Shown piece by piece: positions 47,180-55,284 of a stretch of 64,000 nucleotides of DNA. The DNA is from Sphingopyxis sp. Lineage in GTDB: Bacteria; Pseudomonadota; Alphaproteobacteria; Sphingomonadales; Sphingomonadaceae. Position 1 is the stretch's first letter; every line of letters begins with the position of its first letter. Position numbers and translations under genes: made by a program. The stretch spans positions 155,653-219,652 of the forward strand of contig NZ_OZ245749.1 in assembly GCF_965227415.1 (NCBI RefSeq), in the 5' to 3' direction. The notes beneath the pieces were generated by a model. It had not been told where the DNA came from. It saw nothing but the letters and a program-made list of their open reading frames with translations, and made no database searches.

Positions 47180-48556
47180 GTGACCGATTTGCTGCTGGTA
47201 GGTGCCACCTTGATCGATGGGACCGGCGCTGCCCCTGTTCCCGATGCCGTCATAAAGGTCGAGGGGGGGAGGATCGTTGCTGCGGGCGCACGCGAGGGCT
47301 CCTCCTTGCCCGATGCGAAGCGCGTCGTCGATGCGACCGGCAAGTTCGTGATCCCCGGCATCGTGAACGCGAACGTGCACCTTCTCGACGGAATCATGAT
47401 GATGGGACGGGGCGGCCTCGAATATCTGGCGCGCTTCGAGGGCCGGCTGCATGAGGTTATCGAGGAAGCGAGCCAGATCGCGCTTGCAGCCGGCATGACG
47501 ACGGTTTTTGATACCTGGAACGCGACCCAACCCGTTCTCTATGCACGCGACCGGGTGAATGCCGGCACGGTGGAGGGCGCGAGGATCTTCGCCGCGGGGA
47601 ATATCGTCGGCATGGGCGGCCCGTTCAGCGTCGATTTCAACAAGCTTGCGGCGCAGGTCGCGAGTATCCCCTTCGTGAACCGCATGAACGATCTTTTCGA
47701 GGCAGGTGTCGGACGGCGTCTCGCTGCTCTGACGCCCGACGAGGTTCGCGAAAAAATCCGGGCCTATCTGGAGGGCGGCGTCGATCTCCTCAAGGTGGCG
47801 ATCAGCGACCATGTGATGGCGGAGGCATTCAGCCCCCATCTCAGTTTTTCACGGCGCGTGCTCGAGGTCATGGCCGAAGAGGCGTGCCGGGCCAATGTGC
47901 CTTTGCTAAGCCACACCGTTTCTGTCGAAGCGATGAACGAGGCGATCGAACTAGGGTGCGATGCGATGATGCATTGTACGATCACGTCGCAGGTGCCGAT
48001 CCCGGACGAGATGATCGAGCGGATGATAAGCAAGAAAGTCTGGGGCGAAATCCAGCCGGTCACCGACGACTATCAATGCTATCTCGAAAAGCACAATCAT
48101 CCGTTCACCGGATATGCGGGCGGTGTGCATCGGGAGAATACGATCCGCCTGATCGAAGCGGGCGCACCCATTCTCATGGGCACGGACGCCGGATGCACCG
48201 ATCCTGATATCCTTGCGGAGGACAGCGACGAAGTGCTTTCCATGCGCCCGTGGACCCTCGGACAGGATCATCTGCTCTGGTTCGAGGCGATGGGCTCATA
48301 TGGCATGAAGCCGATGGATATGTTGCAGGCCGCTACGCGAAACCCTGCGATCGCCTATCGTCAGGACGATTTGATCGGCACGCTGGAAGCGGGGAAATTC
48401 GCCGATATGCTTGTCCTCGACGGCGATCCGCTGGCGGACCACCGAAATTATGCGAAAATCCACGCGATCATCAAGGAAGGGCGTGAGATCGATTTCGGCC
48501 AGCTTCCCAACCCCAAGGTGGTAACCGCCTATCCGCGCTCCGAACCGCGCGGCTGA
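47180..48556 (+). CDS. Amidohydrolase-superfamily protein, paralog 2 (N-x-H variant)
   Basis: Collinear with paralog 1 with no visible indels (both 458 aa; roughly 60% identical by eye). GTG start follows AAGGAGA. Confidence 0.85.
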   Translation: MTDLLLVGATLIDGTGAAPVPDAVIKVEGGRIVAAGAREGSSLPDAKRVVDATGKFVIPGIVNANVHLLDGIMMMGRGGLEYLARFEGRLHEVIEEASQIALAAGMTTVFDTWNATQPVLYARDRVNAGTVEGARIFAAGNIVGMGGPFSVDFNKLAAQVASIPFVNRMNDLFEAGVGRRLAALTPDEVREKIRAYLEGGVDLLKVAISDHVMAEAFSPHLSFSRRVLEVMAEEACRANVPLLSHTVSVEAMNEAIELGCDAMMHCTITSQVPIPDEMIERMISKKVWGEIQPVTDDYQCYLEKHNHPFTGYAGGVHRENTIRLIEAGAPILMGTDAGCTDPDILAEDSDEVLSMRPWTLGQDHLLWFEAMGSYGMKPMDMLQAATRNPAIAYRQDDLIGTLEAGKFADMLVLDGDPLADHRNYAKIHAIIKEGREIDFGQLPNPKVVTAYPRSEPRG

Positions 48557-48678
48557 ACATGTCCGGGCTGCGCGGCACGTGCGAAGCGTTGACCGGCCCA
48601 CGCTTTTCCAGAATCCCGAGCGGCAATCGGGGAAGGTCTTGACACCACAGAGCGCATTTTTGTCACGGGAGACGCGGT

Positions 48679-49836
48679 ATGGAACAGAATATCGAAGCAG
48701 TAGGCCTCGCTGCCTTGGGGCTGTTCAGCGGAGCGCGGCAATATGAAAATTTTTCGCGCATCCGGTCCTTCGTTTCAACAAAGACGATGCAGCCGTCGTC
48801 CGTGCCATTCGACTTTCCTGACGGGGAACCGATCGATCTTCCTGAAACCTATTCATGTCGCGGCGAAACCCGAAGTCTGCCCGGTCTTCTCGAGGATACC
48901 GACACCGCTGCGCTGCTGGTGCTCAAGGACGGGGCGGTCCGGTACGAGCAATATTATCTGACCGGCGGACGCGAGGTGCCGTGGCTCTCGATGTCGGTGG
49001 CCAAGAGTTTCCTGTCCGCCTTGATCGGCATTGCGCTCGCCGAAGGCGCGATCGCGAGCCTCGACGATCCGGCCGAGCGCTATGCCCCGTTCCTCAAGGG
49101 AAGCGGCTATGAAGGTGTCTCGATCCGAAATATTCTGCAAATGTCGTCTGGCACGCGCTGGCGCGAGGATTATGTCGATCCGGAATCGGAGATATTCGGG
49201 CTGAACGGGGCAATGGCGCCTGGGGGCTCTCACGATGACTTCCTGGCGACCATGGTGCGCGAAACGACCCCGGGCACCTTGTGTCAGTATAACTCGGCCG
49301 ACACTCAGGCTTTGGGCGCCATTCTCGTCGGCGCGACCGGGCGTTCGGTCGCCGACTATATGCAGGAGAAGATCTGCGAACCGCTTGGCATGGAGGCCCC
49401 GTCGTTCTGGATTCAGGATAGTCGCGGGATGGAGCTTGCCTATGCGGGGCTCCTTATGACGGCGCGCGATTTTGCAAAGCTCGGCGAACTCTATCGCAAG
49501 CGCGGAGCATGGGAGGGCCGAAATATTGTCCCGGCGGATTATGTCGATGCCTCGCTGACCATCGCGGCGCCGCACTTGGCGGTCGGCCAACCGCTGGTTG
49601 GAGGATATCATTTCCCCCTAGGCTATGGGTATCAATGGTGGTTTCCGGATGGCGACATCGGAGAATTTAGCGCGATTGGCGTCTACAACCAATATGTGTA
49701 TGTCGATCCCTCGCGCGGCGTGACCATCGTGAAACTTTCGGCAAACCCGCGCTACGGTCTGTCGCACGACGACGAGGATAACAAGGACGCCGAGAATATT
49801 CAGGCGTTCCGCTCAATCTGCAGCCTCTTCGACTGA
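48679..49836 (+). CDS. Serine hydrolase of the beta-lactamase/transpeptidase fold, 6-aminohexanoate-dimer hydrolase (NylB)-like
   Basis: S-x-x-K in LSMSVAKSF. REDYVDPESEI, QYNSADTQALGAIL and GYQWWFP...AIGVYNQYVYVDPSRGVTIVKLS parallel the NylB segments I recall (MSVSKS, EDYVDPASEV, QYCSANTDVL, RQWWC...GIGIHGQNLWLDP...VIVKLS). Confidence 0.8.
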   Translation: MEQNIEAVGLAALGLFSGARQYENFSRIRSFVSTKTMQPSSVPFDFPDGEPIDLPETYSCRGETRSLPGLLEDTDTAALLVLKDGAVRYEQYYLTGGREVPWLSMSVAKSFLSALIGIALAEGAIASLDDPAERYAPFLKGSGYEGVSIRNILQMSSGTRWREDYVDPESEIFGLNGAMAPGGSHDDFLATMVRETTPGTLCQYNSADTQALGAILVGATGRSVADYMQEKICEPLGMEAPSFWIQDSRGMELAYAGLLMTARDFAKLGELYRKRGAWEGRNIVPADYVDASLTIAAPHLAVGQPLVGGYHFPLGYGYQWWFPDGDIGEFSAIGVYNQYVYVDPSRGVTIVKLSANPRYGLSHDDEDNKDAENIQAFRSICSLFD

Positions 49837-50027
49837 ACAGACTTTTGAAAGCTGGCGGGGGACGGATATCGCGGCAGATATCGAACCCGGGCGAAGCGCG
49901 GTGACCCGCCGGCTCCATATTGCCGCGCAAGCATGATTTTTCCACATTCGGAGCAGGCTCCCCGCTTGACCCTTCGCGTAGAGCGACGTCGAGCAAACTC
50001 GCACATTCGGCGAAAAGCCCTTGCTGC

Positions 50028-50042
50028 TGGCACGATCCTTGC
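50028..50042 (+). promoter_or_regulatory. Sigma-54 (-24/-12) promoter candidate upstream of ALDH-APC permease
   Basis: cTGGCACGatccTTGCc with correct GG-N10-GC spacing. The -12 GC lies 65 nt upstream of the GTG at 50107. Confidence 0.6.
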
Positions 50043-50106
50043 CTTGGCATGGAGAAGAGGGAGGCCGCGGCCATCGCCTCGATTGCAGGTCAAGGGGACA
50101 GGCTGA

Positions 50107-51531
50107 GTGATAGACGCGAAAAAATTCTATATCGGCGGAGCTTGGCAAAGTTCGGCTAGCGGCGTTAAAAAGCCGGTTGTCGACCCGGCAACGGGCGAGC
50201 CGATCACTTCTGTCGCGATCGGTACCGCCGCCGACGCCGACCTCGCCGTCGCGGCGGCGCGCCAGGCCTTCCCAGGCTACAGCAGGACCACCGTCGCCGA
50301 GCGCCTTGAACTGCTCGAAGCGATCAACGCCAGACTTGTCGAGCGAAACGATGAGATCGCGGAGGCTATCTCTTCCGAGATGGGCGCGCCGATCGCGCTT
50401 GCCCGCGAGGCGCAAGCGCCGTCAGGGCCGCAGCATTTCGGTGAAATCATCAGGATTCTAAGGGCGTATGCTTTCGAGAAGGCCATGGGTTCGACGCTGA
50501 TCCGGCGCGAACCGGTGGGGGTTTGCGCTCTGATTACACCCTGGAACTGGCCAATGAACCAGCTCGCGACGAAGGTCGCGCCGGCGCTCGCTGCCGGTTG
50601 TACAATGGTGTTGAAGCCAAGCGAACTCGCACCACTGGATGCTACGATCCTGGCCGAGATCATCGATGAAGCAGGAGTCCCGCCCGGCGTCTTCAATCTT
50701 GTGCATGGGGACGGGCCGGGTGTGGGCGCGCGTCTAGCCGAGCATCCGGATGTTGACATGGTCTCCTTCACAGGATCGACCCGCGCCGGGATCTCCATCG
50801 GGGAAGCCGCTTCTCGCTCGATAAAGCGCGTCGCCCTCGAGCTCGGCGGCAAATCGGCGAACATCATTCTCGATGACGCCGACTTTGATGTCGCAGTTCC
50901 ACAAAGTGTCCGTGCAATTATGCTCAACAGCGGGCAATCCTGCAATGCCCCGACGCGCATGCTGGTGCCCCGCGCTCGTTACGAAGAGGCATGTGGGCTT
51001 GCCGCCGCGACCGCGCGCAGTCTGAGTGTGGGAGCACCCGGAAGCGGCGCGGATCTGGGTCCGGTGGCCAATCGCCCGCAATATGAGCGGGTCATCGCGA
51101 TGATCGAAAAAGGTATCGGAGAAGGCGCACATCTTCTCGCCGGGGGCGCGGTACGTCCCGCCCATCTCGAGCGCGGCTTCTTTGTCATGCCCACCGTGTT
51201 CGGCGGTGTCACATCGCATATGGCGGTCGCGCGAGAGGAGATTTTTGGACCGGTACTCGTCGTGATTCCGTTCGAAGACGACGCAGACGCCATCCGGATC
51301 GCCAACGACACCGAATATGGACTCTCGGGTTACGTCTGGAGCCGGGATCGCGAACGAGCACTGGCAGTAGCAGGCGCGCTTCGCACGGGGATGGTCCATC
51401 TCAATGGCGCGTCGCTGGATACGGCCGCGCCCTTCGGGGGATATGGAAAATCGGGCAATGGGCGTGAATGGGGCGTCTTCGGCCTCGAGGAATTCCTCGA
51501 AGTCAAATCGATCTACGGCGGCGCGAGCTAG
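50107..51531 (+). CDS. Aldehyde dehydrogenase family protein
   Basis: ITPWNWPMNQLATKVAPALAAGCTMVLKPSE, ELGGKSANII, catalytic Cys in NSGQSCNAPTR, and EEIFGPV. GTG start. Confidence 0.9.
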   Translation: MIDAKKFYIGGAWQSSASGVKKPVVDPATGEPITSVAIGTAADADLAVAAARQAFPGYSRTTVAERLELLEAINARLVERNDEIAEAISSEMGAPIALAREAQAPSGPQHFGEIIRILRAYAFEKAMGSTLIRREPVGVCALITPWNWPMNQLATKVAPALAAGCTMVLKPSELAPLDATILAEIIDEAGVPPGVFNLVHGDGPGVGARLAEHPDVDMVSFTGSTRAGISIGEAASRSIKRVALELGGKSANIILDDADFDVAVPQSVRAIMLNSGQSCNAPTRMLVPRARYEEACGLAAATARSLSVGAPGSGADLGPVANRPQYERVIAMIEKGIGEGAHLLAGGAVRPAHLERGFFVMPTVFGGVTSHMAVAREEIFGPVLVVIPFEDDADAIRIANDTEYGLSGYVWSRDRERALAVAGALRTGMVHLNGASLDTAAPFGGYGKSGNGREWGVFGLEEFLEVKSIYGGAS

Positions 51532-51591
51532 GTGCCGCCGAATGGGGGAGGGGGCCAAGAGGCCGGCGTTGCGAAGCATATAGGGGAAATT

Positions 51592-53052
51592 ATGTCGGTA
51601 AACATTCAAGGAGACTCGGAGCAGCTCATTGCGCTTGGTATCGAGCCGAAGTTCGACCGGTCGATGAGCATGCTTCAGAACTTCGCTCTGGGCTTCACCT
51701 ATCTTTCGCCGGTCGTCGGCGCTTATACTCTGTTCGACAGCAGCCTCGCCACAGGTGGTCCACCGATGATCTGGACCTATCTGATCGCTGGTGCCGGACA
51801 ATTGCTCGTAGCCCTGATTTTCGGCGAACTGGTGTCGCAATATCCCCTTGCCGGCGGGCTTTACCCCTGGGCTCGCCGTCTTATCGGCAGGCGTTGGAGC
51901 TGGATGGTCGGATGGGTGTATGCATGGGCACTTTTCGCGACCATCGCGGCAGTCGCAACGGGCGCGGCTCCATTCTTGTCGATACTTCTGGGGACTGGCG
52001 ATGGTGCGGGGCTGGCGGTGGTCATCGCACTGGGGCTTATTTTCTTCGCGACCGTCTGCAATCTTGCGGGAACAAAGTTCCTGGCACGCGTCGCAATGTT
52101 CGGGTTCATATGCGAGCTTGTCGGCGCATTGTTGGTGGGCGGCTACCTGCTTCTCTTCCACCGCGTGCAGTCGCCGGCGATCCTCTTGGATCCGATGACA
52201 GCAGGGGCTGGCAATTATCTTCCCGCCTTTCTTGCGGCGTCGCTCCTTGGTCTCTTCTCCTGTTACGGATTCGAGGCCTGCGGCGATGTGGCCGAGGAAG
52301 TGAAAGATCCCGGCACCAAGATTCCCAAAGCCATGCGAATGACAATCTATGTCGGCATCGGGGCGTCCATCTTCGCCTGCCTGGCCCTGCTCCTGGCTGT
52401 TCCGGATATTCCTGCCGTTATCGCAGGGACGTCTCCGCATCCGCTCGCGGATGTTCTCGTAGCCGCGTTCGGGCAGTGGGGAACCAGGGCGATTGCGATC
52501 GTTATCCTCATTTCCTTCATGTCGTGCGTGCTGAGTCTTCAGGCAGCGGTCAGCAGGCTGATATTTGCATTCGCGCGCGATCGGATGATCTTCGGAGCGA
52601 GCCTCTTTTCGCGTCTCTCGCCAACGACCCATGTTCCAGTCGCCGCGCTGATGCTCGCCGGCGCGGTGCCGGGCGCGATCGTTCTATTGGGCGCGGTTCT
52701 TGCCGATGCCCTGACAACGATCGTGACCTTCGCCGTCGCCGGTGTATATCTAGCATTTCAGATGGTCGTGGCGGCTGCGCTCATTGCTCGCACCCGCGGC
52801 TGGCGCCCTTCGGGTAGCTTCACATTGAAAGGCTGGGGCTGGACGGTCAATGTCATGGCCTTGCTTTACGGTGTGGCAGCGCTCGTCAACATGATGTGGC
52901 CGCGCGCGCCGGATAGCCCTTGGTACCTGAACTTCGCAATGCTTCTCGGCGTCGCATCCGTGCTGGTTAGCGGCTTCGTCTACCTTGTAGCGGCGCGGCC
53001 GGAACGGCGGAGTGATGCTCCTTATGGCGATGCGGCGCCAGCTGCGACCTGA
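51592..53052 (+). CDS. APC superfamily amino acid permease
   Basis: 12-TM profile with GELVSQYPLAGGLYPWA, typical of APC amino acid / polyamine permeases. AGGGGAAA RBS. Confidence 0.85.
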   Translation: MSVNIQGDSEQLIALGIEPKFDRSMSMLQNFALGFTYLSPVVGAYTLFDSSLATGGPPMIWTYLIAGAGQLLVALIFGELVSQYPLAGGLYPWARRLIGRRWSWMVGWVYAWALFATIAAVATGAAPFLSILLGTGDGAGLAVVIALGLIFFATVCNLAGTKFLARVAMFGFICELVGALLVGGYLLLFHRVQSPAILLDPMTAGAGNYLPAFLAASLLGLFSCYGFEACGDVAEEVKDPGTKIPKAMRMTIYVGIGASIFACLALLLAVPDIPAVIAGTSPHPLADVLVAAFGQWGTRAIAIVILISFMSCVLSLQAAVSRLIFAFARDRMIFGASLFSRLSPTTHVPVAALMLAGAVPGAIVLLGAVLADALTTIVTFAVAGVYLAFQMVVAAALIARTRGWRPSGSFTLKGWGWTVNVMALLYGVAALVNMMWPRAPDSPWYLNFAMLLGVASVLVSGFVYLVAARPERRSDAPYGDAAPAAT

Positions 53053-53079
53053 TGGAGATTTGGCGGAACATGTCACGAG

Positions 53080-53112
53080 GAGGAGCGAGGGTGCGCTTCG
53101 CTCCTCGTTTCG
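53080..53112 (+). terminator. Terminator candidate after the permease gene
   Basis: 9-bp stem GAGGAGCGA / TCGCTCCTC with a 9-nt loop, followed by gtttcgcctttg. Confidence 0.5.
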
Positions 53113-53467
53113 CCTTTGCGCTAAGCAAAGACGCTTCTCCGGGGGATGTCGGAAAAGCCTGACGCGGCGAGAGAGCCGGCATCTCCATCCGCGAGCAGCG
53201 AGGCGGCAGAGCGTGCTGAACGTCTGGGAGCTCCGGGCAAACGCCGGTGATCGGGCAAGGGGACAAATGAAGCCAAGACGCGCGGGATCGTCCGGCCTGT
53301 CGCAGCCATAGGCTTCTAGCGGCCGAAACCCCGTCTTCGTCGTCCGGTTAGCCCGCTCGACGCTTCTTCAGGCTCGGCAACGAAACGGAACGTCGGCGCC
53401 CCCGATCACCTTTGCGATCGTCGCGAGCGGCGGGACGCCCGGCCTCGTTCCTGGCCTGAAAATCTGC

Positions 53468-53785
53468 TCAGTCTTCGGGTGCAACCCTCACCGCCAGCCC
53501 GTCGAGGTCGGCCGCAAAAACGAGTTGGCACGACAGCCGCGACGAAGCTTGGCGATTGGAAATGCTGTCGAGAAGCTCATTTTCGTCCTCCGACATCGGA
53601 GGGAGCTTGTCGAGCCACTCGGCGGCTACATAAACATGGCAGGTCGCACATGCGCAGCAACCTCCACAGAGCGCCATGATATCGTCAACGCCGCCGTCGC
53701 GGGCGATTTCCATGAGGCTAGCGCCTTCGGCAGCGTCCAAGGTCATCGCGTCGCCGCTTCGAAGGGTGACGGTGATGCTAGTCAT
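53468..53785 (-). CDS. [2Fe-2S] ferredoxin, adrenodoxin/putidaredoxin type
   Basis: CGGCCACATCHV plus the distal Cys in LSCQL. About 105 aa, with a GGGAG RBS. Sits directly downstream of the P450 gene. Confidence 0.85.
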   Translation of the reverse strand: MTSITVTLRSGDAMTLDAAEGASLMEIARDGGVDDIMALCGGCCACATCHVYVAAEWLDKLPPMSEDENELLDSISNRQASSRLSCQLVFAADLDGLAVRVAPED

Positions 53786-53821
53786 TCTATAGCTCCCATA
53801 AGTCGGTACCGGCCTCACCGG

Positions 53822-55018
53822 TCAAGCGCGTTTCTCAAAAGCGATGGGGAAGGAGATCGGTCCTGTGTTTCCACTGTCCGGGAGCCAGCGTACCTCACCA
53901 TTCTCGCGCGGGACGTGCATTCGGGCCGGCAGGACCGTCAGCGCGACCCCCATGTCGGTGCGCGCAACGAACTGCCCCACGCAGAAATGCGGCCCCTTGC
54001 CGAACCCGAAGTGCAGTGGGCGCGTCTTGGTGATATCGAATTCCTCGTCGCTGATTTTCAGCGGATCGGTGCCCGCCGCGGCCGTGAAGAGGTGCACCGT
54101 GGTTCCCCCCTTGATTTCCAAGCCCTGAAATTCGAAATCCTCGAGTGCTTCGCGCGTGACCCACGTCGTCGTGGGACGGCATCGCATGACCTCCTCAACC
54201 GCGTTTCGCGCGAGCGCCGGATCATTCGCGAGCAGCTCCCACTGCCCGGGATGGCGCATCAGCAGGTCGAGGCCAAGCCCAAGTTGATTGCGCGTGGTGT
54301 CGATGCCGCCGAAGACCAGCCCGACCATGAGATTGAGCATTTCTTCGTCGCTAAATGTCGGATCGACGTCCTGCTGCCGAATGAGCGTCGATAGAAAATC
54401 GTCGGTCAGATTCCGGCGCCGGCGTTCGACAAGGCTCGCGCAATAGGCCGTCATGGCATCGGTCGCAGCATTGATCCTGTCCATGTCGCGGCGATAGGTG
54501 ACGCCGAGAGCGAGACCCATTTCGAGAGCCCAGTCCGCAATCTGGCGCCAGTCCTCGGGCGGCGTACCAAGAAGAATGCACAGCACGCGCGTCGCATATG
54601 GTTCGGAAAAGTCGGCCATGAATTCGCAATCGCCGCGATCGATGAATGCGTCGATCAGTTCGTTCGCCAGCGCTTCGAATTGAGGGACCAAGGGCCGAAG
54701 GATCTTCGGTTGAAATGCGCCATTGGCAATCCGCCGGAGGCGACGATGATCTTCCCCCTCCTTGTTGATGATCATTCCCGACCACCAGTCAGCAAAGCTG
54801 CCAGTGGCGCCATTATGCGCCGGCCACGCGTAACTTCCCTGGCGGAGCCGCGGATCCGTTACCAGCTTGTCGACGGCGTCATAGCGCAGAATGGCGAGGC
54901 CGTAGTTGGTACGGGCATAAAAATTCCGTGCCCTCGCGTCGCGAACCGCATCCGAATCCATCGCGAAATCGGGCGCCGAAATATCGAGATAGGCGGCATC
55001 GCCGAACTGCTGTTCCAT
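53822..55018 (-). CDS. Cytochrome P450
   Basis: Heme-thiolate loop FGFGKGPHFCVG, I-helix GGIDTT, and the EEVMRCRP (ExxR) motif. Confidence 0.9.
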   Translation of the reverse strand: MEQQFGDAAYLDISAPDFAMDSDAVRDARARNFYARTNYGLAILRYDAVDKLVTDPRLRQGSYAWPAHNGATGSFADWWSGMIINKEGEDHRRLRRIANGAFQPKILRPLVPQFEALANELIDAFIDRGDCEFMADFSEPYATRVLCILLGTPPEDWRQIADWALEMGLALGVTYRRDMDRINAATDAMTAYCASLVERRRRNLTDDFLSTLIRQQDVDPTFSDEEMLNLMVGLVFGGIDTTRNQLGLGLDLLMRHPGQWELLANDPALARNAVEEVMRCRPTTTWVTREALEDFEFQGLEIKGGTTVHLFTAAAGTDPLKISDEEFDITKTRPLHFGFGKGPHFCVGQFVARTDMGVALTVLPARMHVPRENGEVRWLPDSGNTGPISFPIAFEKRA

Positions 55019-55061
55019 GGCTGGCTATTCTCCGTAAGAATTTTCCGTCCACCTTTAAAAA

Positions 55062-55076
55062 GCAAAGTTCGTGCCA
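55062..55076 (-). promoter_or_regulatory. Sigma-54 (-24/-12) promoter candidate upstream of the P450-ferredoxin operon
   Basis: The minus strand reads cTGGCACGaactTTGCTt, a full consensus with GG-N10-GC spacing. It lies 44 nt upstream of the ATG at 55018. Confidence 0.7.
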
Positions 55077-55284
55077 GCCGTTTCGGGTTGGCGCCATTGC
55101 GAAACGGTGCGCGGAAACCGGCTGGATATCGAGAAGCGCGACAGCGGAAAGTCCGGAACACCGCGCAGACAAGCCCGGGGTTAAGGCGAATCTGCAATGG
55201 GTCTCCGCGGTTTCGCGAGCAGTTTCGCAATATTGCAATATCGCGGATACGGTCCTCCGATTTCGGCTAACCCGCCCGCAATAG

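Noticed and set aside
45167-47839. An 890-aa ORF antisense to both amidohydrolase genes. Similar very long antisense ORFs occur at 27178..29427, 3359..5332, 6880..9015, 36080..37753, 50734..52632 and 43546..45054.
   Set aside because: The translations are Arg/Ala/Gly/Pro-rich with no motifs, and each lies opposite a gene with clear family signatures. These are classic shadow ORFs of high-GC DNA.
48573-48588. A weak sigma-54-like element, cGGCACgtgcgaaGCg, upstream of the NylB-like gene.
   Set aside because: The GG-N10-GC spacing is right, but the -24 lacks the T and the -12 is AAGC rather than TTGC, so it is much poorer than the three reported sites. A TTGACA hexamer closer to the gene suggests a sigma-70 promoter.
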